Below, piece after piece: positions 38,004 to 50,341 of a stretch of 64,000 bases of DNA. The position numbers and the translations under genes were made by a program. The DNA is from Hydrolagus affinis (lineage: Eukaryota): positions 1-64,000 of the forward strand of contig JAAILG010001367.1 in assembly GCA_012026655.1 (NCBI GenBank), read 5' to 3'. Below the pieces are notes generated by a model. The model did no database searches, had not been told where the DNA came from, and saw nothing but the letters and a program-made list of their open reading frames with translations. The first letter of the stretch is position 1. Each line of letters begins with the position of its first letter.

Positions 38004-38132
38004 TTAGCATCCTTATGTAAGGATTATTAGTGTAAAGTAGTAAAGCAGGTAAGCATTCTCCCAAGTTTACAGTTAATACTGATATTTACACTAATGTATA
38101 CTTACAATCATTGGGGGAAAGAAAGTCTGCAT

Positions 38133-38146
38133 TTTAATTGTTTATT
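38133..38146 (-). terminator. Putative MTF2 polyadenylation signals (AATAAA, ATTAAA)
   Basis: Two adjacent hexamers ~630 nt downstream of the stop codon. Confidence 0.55.
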
Positions 38147-38771
38147 CTTTGGCCTCATCAGCCCATTTCACAACCTTTAAAAACAAATGGCAATAACTAA
38201 CACATTTGTTTACACTAGCATTACGAAAAGTTGCCAGTTGAAAACAATCCTTGGTAACATTTAAAAAAAAAATCCAGAGGTATCAGTGTGATCATTAAGG
38301 TACAGTACTGCTGACATCAAGAGGCAATACTCTGTTCACCCTGTGAATTCAGTACACTTTTTAAAAAAATCTGAAAACATCTACTGGCTCTACAGACAAT
38401 ATAAAAATTTACACAACTTCATTTTGGTACAGAAAGACCTACAGATCAATTAGTCTCTGCAGTCATGTTAGGTACACAGTTGTAAGTAGCACCAAAATGC
38501 TGAGATCAAGCCTGAGTGAGTCACTGTAAAATACATGTATTGCAAATGGTTCCTGAAAACTTGTAAGATTATGGCTAATTAGTTTTACACTCAAAATTAC
38601 CCACTCCCAGGGTTTAATGTTCAGTTGCATAGGGATAAAGTTTACTAGAAACACATAAGCAAAGAAATACAATAAGTAAACTTTACAGTTCATCTGAAAA
38701 TTAGTCTTAAAAGATTCAAGAGTTCACAATATAAACTAAGCTTCTAAGAGAAACTGGAACATTACTAGGAA

Positions 38772-39126
38772 TCAGGATGCAGTGATTCCTTCCCATTCCA
38801 CAAGGTACTGCACTTTGCCATCCAGGGTCACTCGACGTGCTAAGATTCGATATTTTTCACCACAGGCAAGTCTTCCCGCAGCACCAAAATAGTTGGTTAT
38901 TGAAGATTTCAAATGATTTAGGTGCATGTCCTGATCATTGATATCTATGATTTCTGGGTCTAGTCCTTCACACTGACAATCATCCTTTTCTTCATTATCA
39001 TTTCCACTTTCTGAGGTCTGGGGCTGAAATGTTCTCGTCGAAGTGCGGCCTCGTCTCTTTTTTAAACGCTGCAGTGTTAATGGCCAAGATCTACCAGTGC
39101 GAGTTCTCCGTCTTGAACCAGAAAGT
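38772..39126 (-). CDS. MTF2: MTF2 terminal exon 15
   Basis: [15 protein letters not shown]...[21 protein letters not shown]. Confidence 0.95.
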
Positions 39127-42100
39127 CTAAATTAAAATGAAGATTCACATTTCAACAATTTAAAAGCAATTAGACCAATGTAACATTCTAAAAAATATAG
39201 ACACAAGCAATGAAAGAATTTGATATAGGAAGACTGGAAAAGAAAACGCCACTTTATAGACTTCACAAGAAAATGAACCATCAACAAAATAGGACCAGGT
39301 GAATTGAGCAAGAAATACTTTCAGAAACGTGAAGTAAAAGTGATTATTCCTAGCTGTACTGAATACAATAAAACAAACAACCGCAGACCAACCTTTAATG
39401 CGGGTTGACAAATAAGCTATGGTAAGGATGTCAATGAACAATGATTTTGTTTCTTGTCCAAATTTTGACTTTAAAAAAAGCATTTTACTTTCAGTTTTGG
39501 ATTCAACCAAATTACGACTCCTTTTGTAATAAATGTTGTTCTTCCCCCCAAACACTGCAAAAAGAGCAAACTTCATTTTTGTTACTATTAATATTTATAC
39601 TTTGGCATGCCATTTAGTTAAGCACAATAATACTAGATCTTTCAACTACTGGTAACAAATTTGTGAATCTGCCAATTCATTTACATCCGAATGATTACAA
39701 GTTTGCAAAGTAATTACAACACATTTTCATTGCTATTTTTGTCTTATTTCAATGTAGGATTTTTTTTATATACAGGAGCCTGGAATAATTACCTGGACTG
39801 CCGAGACACACTAGTTGAGGTAGTTTCTGCAGTGCTAGCAGCACCTTTGGATTCTACATCAGAGGTATTAGAAGACTGTGCATTTTTTTCAACAAGTCTC
39901 CTAGTGTACAGCAAAGTAAGTTGTTAAAAGAGACACAAATACTATTGTATAAATGCTTAGCACTCTTAGATATTAATCAAATAAAAGCACTAAATAATGT
40001 AAAATACCAGGAGAAATTTGATGGATCAAGTTTGGTGTTTTAAAAAAATGAATTTTTTTTTCTTAAAAATAAACAACCTACCTTTTGGGACCTGGGAGAT
40101 CCAAGGCAAGCGTATCCAATACTGTGGATTGGTCCTGAAAATCATAGTAACTTTGGTTACTCTTCTCACTCTCCTGGAAGTTATGAAAAATATATTCCTT
40201 GAAAAAGGCAGGTACATGAGAATCTCTCGACAACATCTGCATTTCCAAGCTCATGTAAAAATATTGTTCCACTTTTATGAATATAAATGTCAAGTGTTAT
40301 GGGAACATAATTTTTTGCAAACATCCATTCACTTTTTCTCCAACGCACTCCCAAATGTCTAGCTTGTAACATGAACCCAAACCTCGGCTAATATCACATT
40401 GAAATAAGAAAGTCAAGACACAGTAGTCAGGTAAAAATGCCACATTGTGTTTCTCTTATTCTAATGTTAAAAGATCTTGTGTCTCGCCTTTGGGCTTTTT
40501 CTGTGTACAGTAAATAGGGAAATCACTCTATCGAGAAATCAAAGGAGCAAAACCTCCATGCATCATTCTGGTTCCCTTCTTTCCAAAAGAAAATTAGAAA
40601 CAGGATTAAAATAATTAAAATCCAAATAACCGTACCACAGTTGTTGGGTCAGAAAATCTCCGAACCTTCTTCAATTTTGTGTATTGTTCAGTGAGGTCAA
40701 CTGAACATTTTTTCTTTCCTTTTCTTTCGATGCCATTACTCAATGAACTAATGGAAAAAAATACATGTTTAAAAATGGATATTTAAAAATCAGAAAGCAA
40801 GAAATCCATGACAATCTATATATCCTTTCTTGCAAAGCACGAGCGGTTTAACTCTTGATCATTCAAAAAAAAAGAACAATTTAAATAAATAAGATTCCAG
40901 TGCTAAGAGTACGTTTTAATGCCTTAAATCAAAAGCGTCAGATTTATATATCGCACTTAATAAACCGAGAGGAAAATTTCAATTAGTTACATTTTCTTCA
41001 GAAAGTTCAATAGTCTTTTGATACCTCCCAACATTTCTGTCGAGGAAGATCAAACTATCCCAATGGAACATTTTTTCTCTCCTTAATATTAACTGCTTTT
41101 CAAAATTGGGACCTTCCTGGTTCAGCAAATATTTTCCTGGTGAATCTGGGGGTCAACCTCAAACCCATGCCAGCCACATTCATACAATTTATAATCTGAT
41201 TCCCTTTTAAACATTCGTCACCTCAGGTTTCCAAGATTCACAGGTCACATTTTCAGTAAACATCTTTTACCTTTTTATGGGTACAGGGAGAACTGTAGAT
41301 TTACTAGACTTCCTTCCTTTAATTTTAAATTCATGAGAAACTTCCTCATTGCTTTCCTCAGTCTTCAGAGCAGTATTCGGAGGAATGGGAGGAACCCGAA
41401 TTCGCAATCCAAACAAATGTTTCTTCTTCTTGATTTCTTTCCCAGACATAAACCTAAAAATTTAAATACAATTACTTTCAGTTGATACTCAAAAGATGAC
41501 ACAATTACACAAACAGTTAAGGAAACAGCAGTTTAGCGTGTTACATCAGAACATCAGGGTACAAGGTAAATATGTCGTATGTTTCCACCTTGCACAAATT
41601 CATTGCTGCTCCTTCAAGGCCTGTCTTTTGACTATGCCTTTAACCAGTTTCCCATTTCCACACTATCCCCTACCCTCAACTCTTCTTGATTCCAACTCCC
41701 AGCTCAGAATCAAACCTTTAACTGTTCAACGCTTTGGGACATCCTTCTGACATGAAAAGTGCTATATAAATGTAATTTGTTTTAAAATAAAATTGAAAAG
41801 TCTGAGATTAAACTGCATCCCTTGCTGTACAATTTCCATCAGTCTACAATGGATTTCCGCAATGATTTTTTTTCTTACAAGTAGAGAAAAGCAAAATGTA
41901 TCATTTTGTGGAAAAATTTTATTTGCTTAACGCAACATAATTTTCCATTATCTGAATTAATCGAATATTCTGAATACTTACATGCACTTATTCTCATTTA
42001 GGGCATCCAGAATATTGTCATATCGATCTGTTTTTAGAGTATCTATAAGCTGTAAATGACATCAGAAAGTAAAACTAATTTAATTGCAATTTCATCCTCA

Positions 42101-45100
42101 TTTGTTCCATTCTCATAGCTAATTCATTTTGATATTAGTGGTTCACAGAGAAATGTACGTATAAGTATTTAGCTCTGAATTGTAAAGGAAAATGTTTGCA
42201 TAATTTACAGGTCTCTTAAATCTTGGACTGGGCATTACATCAGTACTTAAACCAATCTAATATAAAAGTTAGATCTGTCAATATCTGACCAGAAATATAT
42301 ATTATTCGTGCATTAGACAAATTGTCCTGTGAACAGATATACATGAAGTTTAAATCTTTGTATACAGTACTCAGGCCAGAAATAAGGAGTTAGGAAATCA
42401 GTTCCAATTAAAAAACATTTATGAACACAGGATTTTTTTTAAATGGGGAAGACTAAAATAATGTATATTCAGAGATGATAAATTGTGAAGTAAAAGCATC
42501 CCAGAATTCTAAGCAGCAGCATACATCTACATGTTTGGTGCGTTTAGCAGTTTTAATATAACTGTTATAAAGGTTGACCCTTATATATTAAGTTCAATAT
42601 ATTTTCCTTAGATCTTACCTCACCAGGTTGCAGCCTGTCCCAGTTTTCATTAATGTAAGTCATCAATTCAAGCTCAGAATCAAAATACTTCTTTTTGTGG
42701 ATAACACTTAGGTTGTAAAGGCTTAAATGTGCTATGTCAACCCTACAAAAGAAAATTAAAACTATCAGCATACACCTTATAATTTTTTGCTCAATTGTAA
42801 CCCCAATAACAAGTTAGAAACAGGGATGGTTTCCATATTTCATTCTTTGCTACAAAAAGTGGAATTACAAATAAACTAGTTCAGATCAACTTACCACCGT
42901 AAAGGTAGACGTTTGAGGTATTCTGGTCCAGAATTGCAAACAGAACAAATAAATAAATAGAACCTGATGGGAAAAACAAGCGAGAATAAAATATTTCATA
43001 CACTTTCCACATCAGTCCTTCAAAGCTGATCAGCTATCACATAAACATTTTGGAGAAGAAAAGCATAAAATGTGGTTGTGAAAGACAAAGGACCTTTATT
43101 TCAATTCACCGGAGTCATAAATCAATCCTCGTTGTCACATACGATGTGGACAGATTATCAGTTGTTATTGTCTATCACTGATGGGGAATGTTCTGGGATA
43201 TCAATTCTGTATTTGTGAAACATTTACAAATCATAGCTTGTGCTTTCTTTTGAGATCCTTTGTTGTAGACTACTGTTAATATATTTCAGTGAAAAGTGTA
43301 AAATTAGTTTTTTGATAAACAAGGATATTAAACTAAGCTCAACTTGATGTAAAACTTAGTGTATAATTAATTAATCCTTCATATCTATTTGCCCTCAAGT
43401 GCTAGACATGGAATGCAGATATTGTGATAAATGTTATTGTGGAACTTCATAATCCTCTGTAGCATTATAGAGCATTGGCAATTTAACTTGCAGGAATGAA
43501 AAAGAATTTAGACGCGCATTAAACACAGAAAGACTTACCTGTCCCCATAAAGCATAGGCTTCGGTAAGCATTGTATACAGGCTTCATGGAACCACTGTTT
43601 ACATCTCCAGCACTGCAGCATTTTCAGATACCAACTAGAAAAAAAATCAAAATTTCTATGAAAAATTCAAACATGTACCATACAATAAAAGTATAAAAAT
43701 TATCTATTAAACGTCAGCTTTGGAAAAAAAACACAAAAAATTTATTTACAAATCAACATCTTCCAAATTATTAAAAGCAAATGCTGACAATTCAGATGGC
43801 CTTCTCAAAATGCAACACAGAAAAGTGAAGCAACAATGAAATCTGATAATAAAGGGTCTGATAATGAGATGAAAGACAATACTGGATTCATTCTTCCACG
43901 GCGAAAAGATGTTTTTAAATTTAAATATCGCAAATTTCAAAAGAGCTTTCCTCAGAAAAAGTGATTCTTACATATTAGAACTTCTCTACACAATTAGAAA
44001 TAACATGAGCAGCTTACACTCATCGGAAAGTTTATAAAAACTGACAAGGATCATTTAATATCATTAATTATATTCTAAGCACGGAACAATATTATCTGTA
44101 CAGGAACTTTACTGTCTCTCAAGTCATCATGGAGACAAATTACTAGTAATTGTAATTTTGAACAGTTGTATCTGGTCTAATGTTATCTCTTCAGCACATC
44201 TGGGCAGGATCCTGAGAGATCCTGAGAGATAGTCATTTTTTTTTAAGTCAGACCAGAACTTTTGGGTGTATTTTAATCAATAGATCATGTTTCTAATCAA
44301 TGGTGCAACAGTGTACCTAGAAAATCTAGCTTTTGCAAAACACCAAATAAATCATCACATCAATTTTAAGCATTCAGACACTACCTCGCATGAGAGGTGC
44401 TATATAAATGCAAGTTGTTTTGAAATCCATCTATCTGACTGGATTGTTCTGTTCTAGCTAAGAACACATGTCAATTTAGTTCAGATAAACACTCGTACAA
44501 TAAGGGTCCTCTTCTCTTCCATCCTTTTCTTCAAGTTGTTTTGCAAGTATTTCTTACTGGGTGTAGTGTTCTCTTCCTCTTTGTGATGACAGCACAGATT
44601 GCTGATATGTCCGTGCACCTGATTTGCAAAAGCTGTGAGAGTGCAAATAAGCTCTCCTGACACATAGATTTTAAAACTAATTCACAACAAAGACTAAGCA
44701 TTTAATTCATCACAATCAATGCAAATCATACAATGAAGCATTGAACTTACTCCCCAGGTCCTCCACAGTAGCAGTAACATTGTTGGTGATTAGTTTTGTG
44801 GCCTAGATCCCACTGAAGTTCCTCCAATTGGTATGGTAATGTCTGCTTCATGACCTGTAGGGCTTTGGCATTTGGTCCCTTCTTAAGAGCACCACCCCTC
44901 TAGAATATAAATACAAACTTCAAATTGATTTGTGTTTGAAAGATATATTACATAGTTAATTGTAACTGTTTGAATGATTAAATTAGTTATTATTTGCACT
45001 TAAGTTATTTTTTATTTCTTTCCTTCAAACACTTTCTGTTGGTAACATATACACACACACAAACTCAATGTAATGTTTTGCCCTAAACAATAAATCCCAG

Positions 45101-48100
45101 TGTATATTTTTACAATTTGCCTGTTTACCAAAGTAATTGTATGGTGTTTTGCATCTCAGGCTGCTGTACGTACTTTTGTGGTTGTAGCAAAGACACATTG
45201 ACGGCACAGCCATTTGGCATCTGATGCAATCACACTCGAGTCGATGTTAGGAATGTGACATTTCTGATGATAACCTGTAATTTGATTTTAAAAAATTCCA
45301 ATAAATTAAAATGGACAGTTTTTTGTTTTGTGTAATAAAATACAGTAGAAGCCCATTTATCCATGACCCGATCAACAGTAACTTCCGTATAACCGGTACC
45401 ACAAAAAAAAAGGTCTGCATTCGATAACCCAGAATTTATCCAGAAAAATGCATTTTTTGTGTTGCGTCAATATTTTGGAATGCTGCCTGATGGTGGCGCT
45501 AGCTCAGAATGCTGCTGGTACAGCATTCTGCAGAGTGTACAGAGGTACACTCTCCGGATTTGAGAGAGGAGGGAGAGTTAATTAATTTAGCCACAAAGCA
45601 GCAAAACACACACACACACACACACAAGCAAAGCTTGCAGATCAATGCATATCACAGCCTTAGTTTTTATTTTAATAAATAAATTAAAAAACCACAAACC
45701 CCTGCAACACATCTCAAGTCTGGTTTATTTTACAAATATCTTTAAGCTTGGGAAGCTGCAGTGTATATCAGAAACACTCAGTTATCCCAGTTTGATGTTA
45801 AAAACAAATCTAACTTTAAAAGTGAAATGAAATTTTTGCTTTCAATGCCGATCCTTGGATCATTTGGAAGGAAAGTTAGCTGAACAGTGACAGCGGGGCT
45901 GCTTTCTCAATAACACGTTTGCTTTCCTCTCTTCTGCCCCCAATGAGAACAGTGTCATTCAGACGTGTAACTTTTGCACTAGTTTAAAGATCTCTCTGAA
46001 CTGCCCGGTTGCTGTGTGTAAAATGATTATAATTATTATTTATACATTATATAAATGATTATTTAGTCTATTATTAATATGCTTTTTTAAAAATAAATAA
46101 TTTTGAACAAAAAATTATAATTTGTTTTGTATTGGGTTTTCTGCCGAATATCCGGCAGGCGCTTTAACCGGCACTGGCCAGGTCCTGAGGATGCCGGATA
46201 AACGGGCTTCTACTGTATAAGCCTTTAGCATTTACCTTGTCCGCACTTGTCACAAATAACCATCTCATTGGGTGCTTCCGAGTATTCCTCCTGGCATATG
46301 GTACAAACCATCTCTCCACTTCCACTGGCACCTAATATTAAATGCAAAATAATGTTACATACAATATACTAAAAATGCAGTTTTCTTTCTCTCCCCCACA
46401 CTTTCCTTTATATCAAACATACCTCTTTGTTCATACTTTCGATGAGCTTTCCCTTCCCTAACCACCACGCATCTTGTCAGCCCAGCTCAGGTGCTCTAAA
46501 ACTGATCACCACTACTGTACAGTCATATAAATGCAATTTGTTGTTGTTGTTCATTAAAGCTATTATTTTGTCATTTCAGCTGCCTCTTTTTTGAAAATCA
46601 CCTGTCCTTTGTAGAAATTATAAATTGAAATTGAAGCCAAATGGTTAAAAAATTTGGCCTTAGTCAGTTTACAAAGAGTATAGATGAACAAAGATTAGTT
46701 TTAAATTTTCAAACAGGAGCTTTTGCAGAGTTCAATGGCTGTTAGGGTATGGGAAAAAAAAGCAGAGAAATTCGAAAGAGAGAGATGCTGGAAAGGAACA
46801 TTTTGTAACATTATCGTCCATGATATCACACTCAACAATTTAGAAAACATTCTCAATGATGGAATCACATCTCCATGGGAAGCTAAACACTACCTAATTC
46901 ATAAGTTTACTGAAATAAATCTTCCACAATTATGGCATAACAGTCTTTTCAAAAAAGTTAAATACCAGTTCCATTATAAATGTAGAGGAAAATATAACAC
47001 TTTACACCCTAGGAGTTGGCTAGTTAAACTACTGGATAAATCTATAACATGAAAAACAAAAATGCAGGTTACTTTAACCACTCAAACCAAGCTGGTTGTG
47101 GGACTGTATTATGAAACACTTGTGAAATAAGCAAGGAATAAACAATAACAAAAGTTAAACTTGTATAGCACATTTCACCTTGGGAGGATGTCCCAAGGCG
47201 CTGGAACTATTTTATGCCAATTTTCTCTTGACTGGGGGAAGGGGTGTATTGGAACAAACCGTATTCCTCTAGATTTTATGTCCACTTCAACTTTAATTTC
47301 ACAGGCTAATTCATCTCCACACAACACATAGAAACAGTTTTACATAAGAGCCAACTGTCATATAGAGATTTTTGAGAAACATTTACCAGTCTGTATATCT
47401 TTCCACAAGACCCAAGACTTTGAACTGTCTTCAAAGATGACAAAGCAGCTCTCTTTCTGTTTGTTCACCTTCAATTAAAAAAAACTTTAGTTTTTGCAGT
47501 GATAAATGCGTCTAACAAAACTAAATATTCAGTTCACTTAATTCTAGCTAGTTACCGCAAACAGTCAGCCGTAGAGGTGTAGGGAAAGGGCAGATAAATG
47601 GGACTTAAAAGAATTGCTCGAGGAAGCTGTCTTAAGCCTGAATGATCTTCTGTGTCATAAATTTCAATGGTTAAGTCTTGTGAAAGAAATAATAGTTTTA
47701 CCACTGAAGACTGTTCTTTACAGATTAAGCACTGAAAAAGTGAGTTGATTTTTCCATAAAGTTGAAAACTATTAGTTGTGTACAGTCCTTCTAATAATTT
47801 ACAGAATATAATGGGTATTGGAAACATTTTAAGTCTGACAAAGTAACAATTCTGTATTGTAGATTTCACCATATCAGGTTCCTTCCACAAGAGGCCCTCG
47901 GTGAGTACCGATAGACTGAGGTAAATCATGACCGCTTTTAGGCGCTCACTTTGAATTCCACGCTTAGAATGAGATTTTATCATCACAAGTACGAAATGTA
48001 TATTTGCTATTAAATGGAGCAACATTTAGCCAAATAGGTATATTGTTTCCAGTTGACTTTGTAGAAGGCCACTATTCACCACCTTCAAATAAAAGAATCT

Positions 48101-48592
48101 AAATCTACAAAATAGTCAATCCACTTTACAATTTATCTAGTGAAATTATTTGACACATTTCAACAACATAAGGCACTATATCAAATGCAAGGATTATAAT
48201 ATTATTATAAACTGACTATCCTCTGTCTTCTAAGCTTATTTATATGCTCAAGACATTATTCATAGCAGTTTTACTATGCTGGTCACTCGAGATAAGAAGC
48301 TAGATGCATAAGGTAACTCATTTTTAACCAGGTACATATCCAGCAATTAAAAGCAATTGTAGTACTGTAGATACAATCAATTTACCTTTTTGACTGTTCC
48401 AAGGTAAAATAAGCCATCTGACCACCGGGCTAGGACATCCTGACCTTCCTCAAACTTGCATACAGTTTGTTTGCCTTTTGGTCCATCTCGCAATGACAGG
48501 TGAACAGAGGACACTGGTGTCTTCTGATTTCTGCGGGAGGGAGATCGTTTGTGGAGAGATGAGTTACCTGCTCCCGTCGTATCTCTGTCCAT
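38772..48592 (-). CDS. MTF2: Metal response element-binding transcription factor 2 / Polycomb-like 2 (Tudor, 2xPHD, EH, C-terminal chromo-like), 14 coding exons, ~600 aa
   Basis: Near-identical peptides: [99 protein letters not shown]. Exons sum to 1803 nt. Confidence 0.97.
39793..39900 (-). CDS. MTF2: MTF2 exon 14 (tandem TAG/GAG acceptor)
   Basis: ...SSNTSDVES...[11 protein letters not shown]. Confidence 0.9.
40082..40134 (-). CDS. MTF2: MTF2 exon 13
   Basis: [17 protein letters not shown], 53 nt. Confidence 0.85.
40636..40747 (-). CDS. MTF2: MTF2 exon 12
   Basis: [13 protein letters not shown]...; phases fit. Confidence 0.88.
41271..41453 (-). CDS. MTF2: MTF2 exon 11
   Basis: [22 protein letters not shown]...[10 protein letters not shown]. 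Confidence 0.95.
41982..42049 (-). CDS. MTF2: MTF2 exon 10
   Basis: [23 protein letters not shown]. Confidence 0.92.
42619..42742 (-). CDS. MTF2: MTF2 exon 9 (EH domain)
   Basis: [26 protein letters not shown]...PGE. Confidence 0.95.
42895..42963 (-). CDS. MTF2: MTF2 exon 8
   Basis: [23 protein letters not shown]. Confidence 0.95.
43539..43634 (-). CDS. MTF2: MTF2 exon 7 (PHD2)
   Basis: [23 protein letters not shown]...GDR. Confidence 0.95.
44751..44899 (-). CDS. MTF2: MTF2 exon 6
   Basis: [23 protein letters not shown]...CYCYCGGPG. Confidence 0.95.
45174..45274 (-). CDS. MTF2: MTF2 exon 5
   Basis: [15 protein letters not shown]...[13 protein letters not shown]. Confidence 0.95.
45343..46215. 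mobile_element. Tigger/pogo-like non-autonomous DNA transposon (long form of the 20300 MITE) in MTF2 intron 4
   Basis: TIRs CAGTAGAAGCCCATTTATCC / GGATAAACGGGCTTCTACTG; TA TSD; ends homologous (inverted) to 20300-20509. Confidence 0.85.
46236..46331 (-). CDS. MTF2: MTF2 exon 4 (PHD1)
   Basis: [32 protein letters not shown]. Confidence 0.95.
47387..47468 (-). CDS. MTF2: MTF2 exon 3
   Basis: [27 protein letters not shown]. Confidence 0.95.
48386..48592 (-). CDS. MTF2: MTF2 exon 2 (Tudor start; acceptors at 48612 or 48584)
   Basis: [11 protein letters not shown]...[10 protein letters not shown]|GTAAAT. Confidence 0.9.
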
Positions 48593-50341
48593 CAGGAAAA
48601 TGTCATCATCAACTGGAAATAAAAACTAAAAGTCATTGAGATACTTAACGAAGATTTACATTAAATCCGCAATGCATTTACTTTCTAAATCTCAAACATC
48701 ATTAACAAGACCATCAAGTGCTCAGCGTAATAGTTGTTGAATTTAATAATCTTTCCAGACTACCCGAAGAACAAGAAAATTACATTTGTAATAACCTTTC
48801 ACGTCAGAAGGACAACCTAAAGGGTTGTTTTTAAAAAAAATGTATTCGAAGTTAGAAGAAAAACAACCAGAGTAATACTAATATAGAATTGCCACCCTTT
48901 GTCTGCCTTTTTAAGACAGGTAATTAATTGTCCAGGTTGTGTTCTGAAGAGACTAGGTGAATTTAATCAATATCTGCCTACATTCCTATTAACCAGTCTA
49001 TCTGAATCAATTCTTGCTTTAATAGATTTAAAAATTGACTTTAGAACCATTTACACTATCCGAAGTGTAAACTCATTGTGTCTGTCCGGATAGGTTCTTG
49101 AAATAGGCTGCCCCAGAAAGATAACTACTGAAAATATTCTATGCATTAAGCATGCCTCTTTAAGATAATACAAAATGCCATGATGCAAGCAGATTATAGA
49201 AACGCGAATTGGTAAGATTAATGGTCAAAATTTGCAGTTAATTTTATATTTAAAAAAAATAAAATTATGGCAATTGAGAAACCATAAGGTTTAGTTTCCC
49301 GCTAAAAATGTACAATTATACTTATGACACCCAAAAATGAATTGCAAAAACTTAATCTCAAGATTTTGAAGTGCAAGTTTTTTTTTTAAAAATCGCAATC
49401 TATGGCACTTGCTTCTTAAAACCGGGAAAGTTTAGAGCAAAGGAAAACTCTTCTGAACTTTCTTTTAAAAAGTAGCCCCACCATAGACAGCAAATGTAAT
49501 CCTTCTCCCCCCAGACACTCCTCTTTGTTTATTCGAATCTAGTTACAATTCTTTGCTGGAAAGAGTGCGAATACTTTCCTACAAAATAAGTTTTACACTG
49601 ATGTAAATCTGTAATAATTGAGCGACAGGGTGAACGACTGATTCCCTGGGGGTGGGGAAGGGGGTGGTATGTGCTGTATATACACAGTACACAGAACAAA
49701 CAACCCGAATTCCAGTCAGCAGAATCCACGAAGAGAGAAAAAAGGGAGGAAGGGAGGGCTTCATTGCATTGTACTCATTGTGTTCAATGTTGTCAAACTG
49801 CACGTTCAGTCCCCGTGGACAGAACGGTGGAAATACGAGGTGTCCAATACGAGGGATCCCCAAAAGTGGTATGTTGAACGATTAACAAAGAATAAACACC
49901 TCGAGTTTGTAATTTTACCATCGCCTTCCCCCCACCAGCCTCTTTATACCCCCACACACCCCCACCCTGCGCGCAGATAAGGTCAGAAAACGACGTCCTG
50001 TTAAAAAAAGACCTCCTTCAAACAAAGGAATCCGGCAGATATACAACACCAAGTCATTTCAAAACTGATCTAAACCGAAAAAAAAACTTTGATCTCGAAT
50101 TAAAAACGCGCGGCAATCTGAAATCTTTTAAAGTGGATGTTAAAGGCACTTTCTGAGGATGATGGCTGGCTGGTGGGGGGGGGGGGGGGAGGAAAGAAGG
50201 TGAGTATTTCTCAAGAGATGGTTGGCGCGGGGCTACTCAGTGACTCTCGAAAATAGAATTGAAAGAAAGGCCTGAGATTTGAGCCTCACCCAGCCACGGT
50301 TCTATGTAAAAAAAACACACAAAAAGGCCGCGCTCACTCAC

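Noticed and set aside
37299-38030. 243-aa plus-strand ORF at the position expected for TMED5
   Set aside because: It runs through a minisatellite and an off-frame L2 fragment; no signal peptide or GOLD-domain features.
47552-48025. 157-aa minus ORF in MTF2 intron 2
   Set aside because: No recognisable homology, and not needed for the exon 2-3 frame.
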